NCBI RefSeq assembly: GCF_006345805.1 | Contig: NC_042997.1 | Span: 44,516,001-44,580,000 of the forward strand | Length of the DNA: 64,000 nucleotides | Direction of reading: 5' to 3' | DNA from: Octopus sinensis | Lineage: Eukaryota | Shown: positions 25,180 through 38,885 of the stretch, one piece after another | How positions within the stretch are numbered: position 1 is the first letter of the stretch | How the letters are laid out: each line of letters starts with the position of its first letter | The notes under the pieces: generated by a model | What the model was told of the DNA's origin: nothing | Database searches by the model: none | What the model saw: only the letters and a program-made list of their open reading frames with translations | Translations under genes and position numbers: made by a program

Positions 25180-26589
25180 TTGGGTTGTCCGGAGAGTTTG
25201 TGCCAATTTATAGTAGCTTAACTTTTGACTTATTTTGGAACATGTTTGAGCCCATAAAATAGGATTTGACTACACCTCCACTTAGAGCAGAGTTTAAGCT
25301 ATCTTTTCGTGGAAGAAGGTTTATGTCCCTGTAACCTGTGTTAATTCTGTAACCCTTTAAAATGGAAGATAAGAAAGTTCATTTTCGGCACTTGATGCTT
25401 TTCTCTTTCCGTAAAGGGAAAAATGCCTCACAAGCAACCAAAGAAATATGCGCAGTTTACGGAGATGTTTCTTTATCCGAAACAACTGAACGGAAGTGGT
25501 TCACAAGGTTCCGAGCTGGAGATTGTAGCCTTATTGATAAAGAGCGATCAGGCAAACCATCCACTACAGATGATGACCAGATCAAGTCATTAATTGAGAT
25601 TAACCCACATTGCACAACCTGAGAATTGGCAGAAAGCCTCAACCTATCAAAATCCGTCGTTCATTAGCACCTGGTAAAGCTTGGGTACACAAATCGCTAT
25701 GATGTTTGGGTACCACATGAGTTGAGTGAAAAGAACCTTTTGGTCGCATTTCCATCTGTGATTCGCTTTATAAACGGAATGAAAACACGCCTTTTTTAAA
25801 TCAAATTCTGACAGGTGATGAGAATGGATTATCTACCAAAATGTTCAGAGAATGCGATCCTGGAGAAAGCGACATGAGCCACCCTTAGCCACCCCAAAAG
25901 CAGGTCTTCACCCTAAAAAAGTCTTGCTTTGTGTCTGGTGGGATTGGAAAGGAATTCTGTCTCCCAAATAACCAGACAATTAATTCTAAGAAATACTGCA
26001 CACAACTGGATGAGCAGCAATTCAAGAGAAACGTCCAGAATTGGCCAACAGGAAAGGTTTTGTTTTCCAACATGATATTGCAGGACCGCACGTTTCTTTG
26101 GGAACCAGATAAAAATTGCTGCAGCTCGGCTGGGATGTGTTACCCCACCCCACCCTCCATGTTCACCAGATATTGCTCCTTCAGATTTCCACTTATTCAA
26201 GTCTCTGCAGAATAGTCTTAATGGTAAAAATTTCAATTCCTCGGATGACGTAAAAAAGATACCTTGATGAATTCTTTGCCACAAAACCACCTCAGTTCTG
26301 GGAAGAGGGTATTTTCAAGTTAAAGGAAAGATGGAGACGCTTTGTGCAACAAAATGGTTCATATTTGGTTGATTAAAAATGTAATGGCAAGTATTTATTG
26401 ACCTTGATGAATTGTTTGCCATGAAACCACCTCAATTCTGGGAAGAGGGTATTTTCAAGTTAAAGGAAAGATGGAGACGCATTGTGCAACAAAATGGTTC
26501 ATATTTGGTTGATTAAAAATGTAATGGCAAGTATTTATTGACCTTTTTCTTTCCTTTAAAAATTGGCATGAATTTTCCGGACAACCCAA
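25180..26589 (+). mobile_element. Mariner transposon, full length, with transposase pseudogene
   Basis: TA on both sides; TIRs ttgggttgtccgga...gtgccaattt / aaattggcatg...tccggacaacccaa; fragments MEDKKVHFRHLMLFSFRKGKNASQA..., TGDE, PDIAPSDFHLFKSLQN; stops, frameshifts and an internal 140-bp duplication. Confidence 0.92.
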
Positions 26590-26957
26590 TATTTGCTGAT
26601 GCAGAGCATCACAAGTTTCCTTGGATGCTACTGTTCTGCTTGCTACATAATTAAGTGCTTGCAGTAAAACTTAACTCAAGATCTATCAGTTGATAGTTTA
26701 GAACAATATCCTCTTGATGTTTTCAACACCTCCCTAAACTGGTGGCATTTAACTTATATCTAACTTGCAATCACATTGTCAAATTCTGTTTGAGACTGTA
26801 AAAATTCATTTTAGTCGGCTTGCTTTTCCATTCTGCCTTTTGCTGGCTGAATTGACAGCTGTCGCCAAAACATTATTAAAATGTAATTTCCAATTTGTGA
26901 TTTAATAGTGATTTCTTCTCTCTGTTATGATATTTATTTATCGAGATAACAATCAGT

Positions 26958-26999
<42 letters not shown>

Positions 27000-27227
27000 T
27001 CTTTTTAACTCTTTTACTCTTTTACTTGTTTCATTCATTTGACTGCGGCCATGCTGGAGCACTACCTTCAGTCGAGCAACTCGACCCTGGGACTTATTCT
27101 TTTGTAAGCCCAGTACTTATTCTATCGGTCTCTTTTGCCGAACTGCTAAGTAACAGGGACATAAACACACCAGCATCGGTTGTCAAGCAATGCTAGGAGG
27201 ACAAACACAGACACACAAACACACACA

Positions 27228-27267
<40 letters not shown>

Positions 27268-27438
27268 CATATATACGACGGGCTTCTTTCAGTTTCCGTC
27301 TACCAAATCCACTCACAAGGCATTGGTCGGCCCGGGGCTATAGCAGAAGACGCTTGCCCAAGATGCCACGCAGTGGGGCTGAACCCGGAACCATGTGGTT
27401 GGTAAACAAGCTACTTACCACACAGCCACTCCTGCGCC
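27000..27438 (-). mobile_element. OK-like SINE
   Basis: Matches the family; followed by an RTE 3' UTR stub at about 27445-27600. Confidence 0.9.
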
Positions 27439-29087
27439 TATATATATCATCATCATCATCATCATCATCATCGTTTAACGTCCGCTTTCCATGCTAGCAT
27501 GGGTTGGACGGTTCAACTGGGGTCTGGGGAGCCCGAAGGCTGCACCAGGCCAGTCAGATCTGGCAGTGTTTCTACAGCTGGATGCCCTTCCTAACACCAA
27601 CATATATATATGTTGCTAATAAATGTCATGGGGACGTTTGCATTTATTTATTTATTTTAACTAGAAGCACAGAAACTCCTTTTGCAAATTCTTTAAACCA
27701 ATGATATTCCTGGTTATTTTTTGTATTGTTCATCCTTGATCAAGAAAGCCTTTATTTAGTCAAAGGTATTGTTTATCCAGAGCTATGTTATTCTATGCTG
27801 CCTTCTCCTTTAAAGGCATTTGGGTTTGATTTAAGAGAGATTTTGTTGTTATTTTTTGGGCAAGTTGATTGATCTTGCTGAAGCTCCCTTATTGGTTCAA
27901 TAGTATTCATAGTAGTTTGATACATTCATTAAAAAGAAAAAAACAAAAACAAGAAAAACCCCCCAAACAAATGAATTTTTAAAAATGCATCACTCTTTTG
28001 GATTTGATTTCAGAACTCTTGCTGTGAACATGAACTGTTAGTTTTCAGCTACTCTGAGTTATCATGTCATGTATCCTGTCTTTACTGTCTGCACTGCATT
28101 TTTATCAAATAGTGATGTTTTCATACCATTATTGTCAAACTCTTTTTTTTATCAGACTTACTATTTAATGTGTCTTTGTAATTATAATGATTTTTCAATA
28201 AATTTTTAGATAGTTATTCTGAACTTCACACAGCTTTATCAAAAGAAGTTAACATCTTTTATTCAAAATGTACATTCCTGTCTTTGATTGAAGCAATTTT
28301 CTAGTTTGTAATATTTTTACATTTGATTGAGAATATTCCGTTTGTTGCCTAAGCTTAATATTAAAGGAACTGTGTTTTGGATATAAAAATAAATGATTTT
28401 GAGAAATCGAATTATTATAGTCCAAATAGCAAATTACTAAAAGGAAAACGTTTTATTCGTTTTTCTTCTGTTGTCATTGCCAAATTAATCATATAAAATT
28501 GCTGTCTGTTGTTTTTCATTTTTTAATATTTTCCACATAACATCTTGATAAATGTTGAGATTTTTTTATGTGACAGTTAATTACATATAAGTATTGTTAG
28601 ATACGAGAGAAGTTTTGAATAATAATATTTCCTGAAGGAATGCTCATTTACCACCTTGTATTCTTTCATTTTTATGTCAGTTGTTTTGCAGATCAAACTC
28701 CATTCTGCCATCATCTGGTTCTTCTTACTTAAAATTTGCCAACTATCTATGGCATCGTGCTTTCCACTTAAATAACATTCTCCTTCATAATCATGGTCAC
28801 TTGGATGTGCACTTCATCTGGTCAAGGACATATTTTAAAATTTTCTTTAAAACTTAGCCTAACTGACATATGTTGTAACTACCATGTCTGTGTATGTGTG
28901 TGCTATTTTGTTTTTTGGTCCCACATTCAGCTGTATTGATTTCTTATTTTTTAGTTTGATGAATTTTTTCATCTGCAAATTTCTTCGACATTCCACTTAT
29001 ACATTTTTAATCTTAACTATAATCAAATTTAGTGTTTCATAAGGTTTGTTTTAATTTTTTTCTAAAATGTGCATTTATACTTCTCAG

Positions 29088-29203
29088 TTACAATAGCGGC
29101 AGACAACATTCACAACATAGAAGTAAAGGAGAAGGACTTAGTAAGAACGGCAAAATGGCTAATAAGAACTAGAGAAAATAAGGCAGAATTTTCTCTGTTA
29201 AAA
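29088..29203 (+). CDS. Candidate exon (xTIAADNIHNIEVKEKDLVRTAKWLIRTRENKAEFSLLK)
   Basis: atttatacttctcag acceptor, gtgagg donor, only one frame open to the donor, purine-rich coding-like composition. Confidence 0.4.
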
Positions 29204-29229
29204 GTGAGGATATTCATACTCACATTTAA

Positions 29230-29450
29230 CCCTTTAGTGTTCACATTATTCTGCCAAAACTAATCCTTTTTAATCCACATTGTTTTGAACTAATCATGCA
29301 TTCTCTTGTAGCTATGAGATTTTGATGAGGTAGCTGTTAATTTTTAAAATGATATTGTAGGGTTGGTGTGAAAGACCAGATCTGGCCATTTTGAACATAA
29401 AACAGGCAGAATACTTTTGGCCGGATATGGCCGGTTTAAATGCTAAAGGG
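29230..29450. mobile_element. piggyBac-like MITE
   Basis: TTAA flanks (29226-29229, 29451-29454); TIR ccctttag / ctaaaggg; related copy at 50706-50916. Confidence 0.8.
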
Positions 29451-29805
29451 TTAAAAAGTAGTAAAGGTATTTTTAAGGCAGATTTGGTTGTTACATTGGA
29501 TTAGTCAAACCACTATGATAAAGCTTCCTATTCGTCCCACGCAGAAGGCTTGTGATTGAAATTGTACAAAGCAAAAGTTGTTTTCCATCAAGTTACCATA
29601 TTTCTTTGATAAAATGAGGAGTACTTGGTTTGGTTTTTCAAATGCTACGAATGTGAAGCTGTGAAATATTTCTTGAAGAATTTGATGCAGATCTTGAATG
29701 ATGGAAATAATTGCTGTCTAGAAGAAGCATCTGGTATTGACTGTGGATAAATATCTAAAAAAGAATGTAAGGGTTCATGGGTGGGGGAGGGGAAATAATT
29801 TAGAT

Positions 29806-30830
29806 CAGTGGTTCTCAGCCCCCTCCCCCACCTTGCACCATTTTCACCCTGTTTCAAAAGGTACATTCCAAATAATGTGCATATGATATTAAAAACACTT
29901 TTTCTTTTCTGTTTTAGTACATGCTTCCATTTGTATCTTTCTGTCACTTTTGGGTAGGAATTATGCATGAAGGGCAAAAATTCTGTGATTGATTTCATCA
30001 AGCATAGCTCGGGAATCATTCTTCAGCGCCATTCAGTTTGACGATCTTCAATAACTTTTTCATCTGGCATTTTTAAGTGGCTTTTCATTCTGATTCAAAT
30101 TCCTCATCACAGAATTTGGGAAAACCTCTGCTAAATTCATTTTCTAGTGTTAAATGCTGCGAAATTTCTTTTTGCAAATTTTGGAAGCACTTTTGTCTTC
30201 CCTTCCAAGCAGCAAGAATTACTAACAATCTCTCAAACTTGGCAATATTTTTGATATTGACCTTTTTATTCTAATTTTTCCAGTTTTCTGATGGAAGCTC
30301 CCAAAGAATTAATTTTGTGATAATTGTATTCCTTCTTTGCACCTGAAGACTTGGTTTATTCAGATGCTTTTAGTCAAGGCACACGATTCGTTCCTTAGTA
30401 TGCACCCAGGCAAATAAATTCTATCTTTGTCTGAACTTCAAAATATAATTTGAAGTCATCTCTATGTTCAATACTTGCTCACATTTCTTCTTGAAAGCCA
30501 TCAAACATGTAGAAAAGGAGCAAAATTATTGCCTGCACTTGTAGCACTACATAACTGCTTGAAAAGGTTTCAGTTTGAGTTCCTCTGAGTTCACTATTTG
30601 AATTATTTGGTCTAAAATCTCTTATAGTGCTGGAAGTGTTTTTGGAGGCCAGTGCCAGATGATGAGTCATACCTTGAATGCCTTTTATGTTTGGACCTTG
30701 TCTTTTCACATTTACTTGATATCTGGATTTTAATTCCCAACATAACTGGTGCTCCATCTGTACAGCACTCATAAGAATTCCAATTCCAAGATAAATGAAA
30801 ATTTTTCAAAATATCTGAGAAAAACATAAT
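29806..30830 (-). mobile_element. hAT (Buster/Charlie) transposase remnant
   Basis: Minus peptides CCTDGAPVMLG, HLNKPSLQVQ and KSITEF..M.NSYPKV match Buster-type motifs; terminus cagtggttctca at 29806 next to the 8-mer atttagat (nnnTAnnn). Left end of the transposase not found. Confidence 0.65.
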
Positions 30831-31283
30831 AGAAATTTTTCTTTAAATTAACCAAAATGAATATAATCTTGCAAACACCACTAAAAACACTAGCCATGTC
30901 AGTTAATTCATTAATCTGAATTGAAAATTAAGCCAAATACTAAAGAATTGATTTTTTACACAAACTGATTTTTAAGGCTTGAAATTCCATGAATAAAAGC
31001 AAAAAGTCAAAGTCAAATTATTAAAGGAATATTTTCACAAAAATATTTTAATTTAATCTGATACATTCAGTAATGTTTATTGAATGTTACATATTAAATT
31101 TAAAACAAAATATAATTATACAAATTCTACATCATCTATTGAATATTACACTTTATTGAATTCCCTTTATCTAAATTCCCTTTAGGAAAAGTATTCCTTC
31201 TGTTCCTAATAGAGAACCCCTACATTGGGTATTCATGAGTGGATTCATTTCACTATTTAATGGATGCTGTTTTTCAATGTCTA

Positions 31284-31321
<38 letters not shown>

Positions 31322-31561
31322 AGAGTTATTAGTGAAGGATTATCAATCTGAGTAATATACTTTACAAACTCTCTGTTAGTACACTAGGCTAGCAATATTG
31401 TTTAGAACTCCACATATTCTTATGCAGGGTCTGGGATTAGAGTTTATCATCGTTTTATATTGTAAATCCATGGTTGTGTTCTAGTTACACTGATTTCTAC
31501 ACGGAAATACAAAAGACAAGGCATAAATAATGGTCATTGCATATTTGTTTGTTGTAGTAAA

Positions 31562-31656
31562 TTTGACTTACAGCTGTTTCCAGTAATAATTATAGGTTCA
31601 TTTATTGCTATCAGTAACAAACTTATAATGACTACTGGAAACAGATGTAAGTCAAA
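31562..31656. repeat. Short hairpin element with about 35-bp inverted arms (hammerhead-relic GAAACAGCTGTA)
   Basis: tttgacttacagctgtttccagta (from 31562) versus tactggaaacagatgtaagtcaaa (to 31656). Confidence 0.75.
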
Positions 31657-31668
31657 ATTACTATAATA

Positions 31669-32048
31669 GGCGCACGAGTGGCTGTGTGGTAAGTAGCTTG
31701 TTTACCAACCACATGGTTCCGGGTTCAGTCCCACTGCGTGGCACTTTGGGCAAGTGTCTTCTGCTATAGCCCCGGGCCAACCAAAGCCTTGTGAGTGGAT
31801 TTGGTAGATGGAAACTGAAAGAAGCCTGTCGTATATATATATATGTTTGTCCCCCCCCCCCCCAACATCGCTTGACAACCGATGGTGGTGTGTTTGCGTC
31901 CCTGTAACTTAGCGGTTCAGCAAAAGAGACCAATATGATAAGTACTAGGCATACAAAAAATAAGTCCTGGGGTTGATTTGCTCGACTAAAGGTGGTGCTC
32001 CAGCATGGCCGCAGTCAAATGACTGAAACAAGTAAAAAAGTAAAGAGT
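31669..32048 (+). mobile_element. OK-like SINE
   Basis: Matches the family. Confidence 0.88.
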
Positions 32049-32270
32049 ATAATCAAGAAATATGCAATGACCCTTATGTTTGCCTTTTCTCATAGATTTC
32101 ACTGTTGTGGTTGTTTGGAATGGCAGCACCGAATCTTCCAAGTGCAAACTGTTCACTTAACCACAATGAATCATCTGGGGAACACATTGCATTATGTTAC
32201 AAAAATCAAATATTTCAAATGTGTGTGTGTGTGTGTGTGTATGAATATATATATATATATTTTTTTTTTT

Positions 32271-32780
<510 letters not shown>

Positions 32781-34737
32781 GTCATGGATGCTCCCATTGT
32801 TAGACAACATATGATGGTTTGGTAATCTCTTGCTGAACAACCACACAGATGATTTATTTATAGCGATCAAATGTTTGTGTACACATGGGCTCGCTCCCTC
32901 TATCAAATCAATATGTACCTGTACAGGTACACTGTATGCCACATGGCAGATGATGAAATGATTGCAGATTAATGTGAAAGGAAGTGCTTTGCTCAAGAAC
33001 ATAGCGCAACGCCTGGTCTGGGAATCGAACCCACAATTGTGAGTGCAACACCCTAACCACTAAGCCATATGGATGAATAACAAGAGACACATGTAGGTAT
33101 ATTATTGTGAGGTATCCAAGCTTTTGTATGTCCAGGTCTCTTCTTTCACTCTGTCCCTGTTAAACAGCCCAGGATGTATGTGTATATATATATATATATA
33201 AAACTCTTTTACTGATTGTTTGTCCTTGTGGAACAAATGCATTAAGAACAATACCATTCCAATAAAATAAAAATAAAATGACTAACATCACCTTCACATT
33301 TCAGTGAATCTAATCTACTTTGTTTTGTTCCTCTTTTAACGATTACTATTTTGCTCCAACAACATAATGTTACATCCATATTTCAACAGTTGTTATGATT
33401 ACTTTTGAGAAAGCGTTAACAGCATTCGAATGATCAAACAATTCCTGACTGACTCTCACTCCATTTTCCTTTTGTTTAACTGTCATCAGTTGCAGCATAA
33501 ATTTTGCAGCAACACAATTTATCTTCACCTATGCTTTGAAAATCAAATGACCCAAACTTTGATGCCGACTTCTTTAGAAAATTCACTTAGTCAAATCCCA
33601 ACACACACTTTCACTATACGGTTGCCGTCCAATCAAATACCAACATGCTCTTTTGTTAAATGATTATTGTCTATTGTCTTTGGAAGGTTCTCCCTGATTT
33701 AAAATGCTGGTTCACTTGTGACATTGAATTGGTGAAACAATCTGTCTCATAGACCTGATTCATCATTTGAAAAATCTCTGTAAAAGCTTTCCCTGTCTGA
33801 AACAAAATTTCAAACAAACATTATTTTTCTAGATATTCTAGGGCTTGGTAGAGTAACTTGATTACTCCACCCGTTTTTTCTCTCCTTGCGTATTTTAGTT
33901 ACATTTTAATTGTAAGTCGGTGTTGAGGTCGAGGAACTATTTGGTCTAGGCTGAATGTATGCTGCAAGAAGTTGGGAAATTTGTCTTTCTGTGTGGGTAG
34001 CACACAGTATCTTTTATTTTAGCGTTTGCTTAATTTATTAATGATGTTCTGTCTAACTTGTCACGAGAAAGTTATTCAGCATGTCATCAAAAGCTGAGTA
34101 TATATTGTTTAATAGATGTTTCATACATTCTGAATTATTAATATCTTTCTTTATCTTTCATCAACTAGAATTCTCACTTGTATGTTTTCTATATTCTGAG
34201 GCACGTGTGTGACTGTGTTTTAAGAATTTGCTTCCTAATCACATGGTTGCAGATTCATTCCCACTGTGTGGCACCTTTGGCAAGTGTCTTCTACTGTAGC
34301 TCTGGATTGACCAAAGACTTGTGGTAGGTGGAAACTAAAAGAAACCTGTTTTGTGTGTGTGTGTGTTGGGTTGGTGACAGGAAGAGTATGACTGTAGAAA
34401 ATCTGCCTCAGTAAACTCTGTCCAACACATGCAGGCATGGAAAAGTGAAAGTGGACGTTGAAATGGTAAAATGAAATGAATTGCTGTGTGTATTTGCAGT
34501 TTATTCAATCTCTTCCAGTATTCATACATTCTCTTTTTGTTTTTGGCTATTTTGTTGTGCAGTTTTATATTTTTATGAATGCCTGACGGATGATGTATAA
34601 ATTTAATGATCAAAATTAAAAGCCTTATCAATTCAGTTTATGTAAGAAGTATGTAGAGCCCTTTGTAATTGGTAAACTGAATGGTGCACAGAAGTGCACT
34701 CTTGCACGTGGATGTAGATGTGTGTTTGTGCATGCTT

Positions 34738-34738
<1 letters not shown>

Positions 34739-34807
<69 letters not shown>
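34739..34807. repeat. (CA)n microsatellite
   Basis: Over 30 CA units; source of the HT/VC pseudo-ORFs. Confidence 0.95.
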
Positions 34808-34812
<5 letters not shown>

Positions 34813-34853
34813 TACACAATGTAAAGTTTCCTTTTCATCATCCCATATATGCA

Positions 34854-35238
34854 TACTCTCTCTTTTACTCTTTTACTTGTTTCAGTCATTTGACTGCGGC
34901 CATGCTGGAGCACTGCCTTTAGTCGAGCAAATCGACCCCGGAACTTATTCTTTGTAAGCCCAGTACTTATTCTATCGGTCTCTTTTGCCGAACCGCTAAG
35001 TGACGGGGACGTAAACACACCACCATCGGTTGTCAGGCAATTATAGGGGGACAAACACAGACACACAAACATACATATATATACATATATACGACAGGCT
35101 TCTTTCAGTTTCCGTCTACCAAATCCACTCACAAGGGATTGGTCGGCCCGGAGCTATAGTAGAAGACACTTGCCCAGACTGAACCCGCAACCATGTGGTT
35201 GGTTAGCAAGCTACTTACCACACAGCCACTCCTGCACC
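34854..35238 (-). mobile_element. OK-like SINE with small internal deletion
   Basis: Matches the family; lacks the agatgccacgcagtggg segment. Confidence 0.88.
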
Positions 35239-36185
35239 TGTGTATGCATATGTACTTCTGTGAATGTGTAAGTAACTGACACAAAAGCCATACCTTGATT
35301 TTTGAGTAGCTACCTGAAGAGACAGGTCATGCAACTCCATAAGGCCCAATTTACCTTGTAAGGTGGTTGGAGTAGTCAGGAGCATCTATCCATAGAAACT
35401 CTGTAGCATGCTCCAACATATCAATTTTGCTAGTCATCCACTTCATACCAGCTTGGAACATACCTGTGCAAGGACGATGATTACGATGAGTCGGATTTTA
35501 CATTTAACATTTGGTGTTGGATGTTAATCCTTGGTCAGCCTAAACTTTTGATCAAAAATGTTCCAGCTATGATCATCCATGGCATATTCGCAGATGTAAC
35601 GTATCTGGGATTAAAATTCATTATCCAGTGTGTCCTTCATTTTTTTCTAGATGGTGCAGTGTGATTTGAGAAACATTTTGATACTATTTCTAGTGGGGCA
35701 AGGGGATGGGTTGTTCCTTCACTTCCTCATATTCACTTATATCATCATCTGTTATATCATTATCATCATTTAACATCCTCCTTCCATTGGTTGGATATGG
35801 TTTGATAGGAGGCAAAAGTTTGTACCAAGATCTACTGTTCTAGTTTAGCATGGTTTCTATGGCAAATGTCCTTCCTAACATGAACTACTTTACAAAGTAG
35901 GTGCCTGGGAGTTGTGTGGGGCATGGTGGCTTAGTGTCAGAGTATGAAGAGATGGATAGAAATAGAGGAGTGGGAAGAACAATTAGATGGTGAAGACATG
36001 ATGGGGAATACACCCAACTTACAAGGAGGGGTGAACAGTGAAGTGGACCAGGAATTGGAGAGGGTGAGGGAGTGGGTAAGTTTACAAGATTGTGAAAGAA
36101 CAGTGGGAGATGGAGGAGAGGGGAATGTAATGAGTGGAGGATTGTCAAGAGGACATGTTGTTGGGAAGAGAATTGATAAGGACAT

Positions 36186-36563
36186 AGGAGTGGCTGTGTG
36201 GTAAGTAGCTTGCTTACCAACCACGTGGTTCCAGGTTCAGTCCCACTGCATGGCACCTTAGGCAAATGTCTTCTGCTATAGCCTCGGACTGACCAAAGCC
36301 TTGTGAGTGGATTTGGTAGATGGAAACTGAAAGAAGCCCATCGTATATATGTATATATGTTTGTGTGTCTGTGTTTGTCCCCCCAACATCGCTTGACAAC
36401 CGATGGTGGTGTGTTTACATCCTCGTAACTTAGCAGTTTGGCAAAAGAGACCTATAGAGTAAGTACTAGGCTTACAAAGTCCTGGGGTCGATTTCCTCGA
36501 CTAAAAAGACAGTGCTCCAGCATGGCCACAGTCAAATGACTGAAACAAGTAAAAGAGTAAAAG
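36186..36563 (+). mobile_element. OK-like SINE
   Basis: Matches the family. Confidence 0.87.
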
Positions 36564-37738
36564 GGTAAGTGGTTCACAAGGGTGAGTAGGAGACAGCAAG
36601 TGGTGAACACAGGTGTGGCACATGTTGGGAAGATGGACATAAAGGACACACCTTTTTGGTCTCAATTTTACTTTCCTGAATGGGTCTTCTCAAGCTCAGC
36701 AAATTGCCACAAGTCTCAGTCCTTTATCATCTCCTCTATGAGGTTCAGCATCTGAAATCACTTTTCATTTTCACCCCACATCTTTCTAGGTTTTCCTCTT
36801 CCACAGATTCTCTCCACAATTAACGACTGGCAATTCTTTATGCAGCTCTCTTCATCCATATCCATCACATGACCATATCAGTGCAGTCTTCTCTCTTGTA
36901 CACTACATGTGGTGCCTTTTATGCCCAATTTTTTCTTTCAAAGCACATTTTGTTATACGTATTCACTCTGATCCAATGGAGCTTGCTGGCTTCCTCTCTC
37001 TCACCCTCTCAGTTTCCATTGGCCAAATCCATTCACAAGGCTTTGGTCAGCCCACAGCTACAGTATAAGACACTTGCCTAAAGTGCCACGCAGTGGGACT
37101 GAATCCAAAACTATGCAGTTGGAAGGCAAACTTCTCAATCACACAGCCACAGGCTGCACTTGTAGTAAAAGACATTTGCTGAAGATGTCATATAATAGAA
37201 TTGAACTCTAGACCTCGTGATTGTGAAGTGAACCTCTTTATTTATTTTGGGAAAATTCCAGTGTCTTCTTTAAGCTGTAGTATTTCTTTGAACACATATT
37301 ATCAGTGAATTTCTAAGAAAACTCATCCTTTATCTTCACACTTTTAGACATATAATATCCACTGAAATCCATAATATTCATCAAAACAATGTTTTTTATT
37401 ATTGGAGCTTAAGGAAGGTAGATTCAGTTTTGGGACATCTTCATAAGATGTCTGTAAATATAATGGGACTAAAATATTAGCACCTGTATTTAAAAATGGT
37501 TTCATTATATGGGTCACTATTTCTCCTTTCAAGTCATTGGAAATCAATATTCTATTGATCTGTAACTGATAGCTGTTCAGTTTTTTTGCCATAGTTATTA
37601 TTATAATAATATATATTCACTGTTTTTATTTTACCTATTCCAATTTTTTTCTTGTAACTTTTGTTTTCATGCAGTTCAAGTACAGCTAAACACCATTTTC
37701 CCTGTTATCCAAGTTCTGATCTATATGAAATATATATA

Positions 37739-38149
37739 GGCGCAGGAGTGGCTGTGTGGTAAGTAGCTTGTTAACCAACCACATGGTTCCGGGTTCAGTC
37801 CCACTGCGTGGCATCTTGGGCAAGTGTCTTCTGCTATTGCCCTGGGCCGACCAATGCCTTGTGAGTGGATTTGATAGACGGAAACTGAAAGAAGCCTGTC
37901 GTATATATGTATATATATATAAGTGTGTGTGTGTATGTTTGTGTGTCTGTGTTTGTCCCCCTAGCATTGCTTGACAACCGATGCTGGTGTGTTTACATCC
38001 CCGTCACTTAGTGGTTCGGCAAAAGAGACCGATAGAATAAGTACTGGGCTTACAAAGAATAAGTCCCGGGGTCGATTTGCTCGACTAAAGGCGGTGCTCC
38101 AGCATGGCCGCAGTCAAATGACTGAAACAAGTAAAAGAGTAAAAAGAGT
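37739..38149 (+). mobile_element. OK-like SINE
   Basis: Matches the family. Confidence 0.9.
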
Positions 38150-38639
38150 ATACATATACACATCAAAATGTCATGTGTCTATCAATTGATAACTATATAT
38201 ATATATATATCATAGTAATGTAACTGTAGTAAAATGTATGAAAACTATATTTAACACAGTGCAAACTTTATCTGATTGAGAACCCAATATGTTGAGCAGA
38301 GCATATAGATATGTATTTATTATATCAAAGTTGACATTCTGCTCTGAGTTTTGTTCTTATCTAGGCTGTTCACCAGGATTGATACAAGAGAAAAGTTTGA
38401 AGTTTTTATGGCATTCAGCTAAAGTTAGGTGTGCCAGGGTGGATAGAATGTGAACTATGATAGGAAGTGGGATTTTTTTTTTTTTACTTTCAAATTTACA
38501 GCTGTTTTTACTACTAGTAGTAAAGTAGTCAGGACTAAGCTGTTATTCTATACAATAGAATGCCTTTTGAACTTTAAGTGGTCTGAGTAATGACCATAAA
38601 ATATTTCACTAGGTCAGCTTATAACTTAATGATACATTG

Positions 38640-38850
38640 TTGTTGGCATCCTTTTTGTTGGCATCCTAGACAATGGAGTTGTCTAGTCTTTTATATTTCA
38701 TGTCCTGATACATTTCCTGCTGTGGCTGTGTAGTCCTATCCTGGACAAACACTCCCTCTGGCAGGTACATGTAGCAAATGTAGAGAAGGCTGTTCCTGGC
38801 TGGTTGAAAAGCCATAGTTTCTTGTTGATGTCTCTTCTTTTCTTTCCATT

Positions 38851-38885
<35 letters not shown>

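Noticed and set aside
35944-36204. Acidic purine-rich ORF MKRWIEIEEWEEQ...
   Set aside because: Low-complexity GA-rich sequence that runs into a SINE, has no convincing splice context, and is probably a decayed retroelement antisense strand.
37344-37592. 82-aa minus-strand ATG ORF MAKKLNSYQLQ...
   Set aside because: No recognisable motif or supporting splice or promoter context; the length is compatible with chance.
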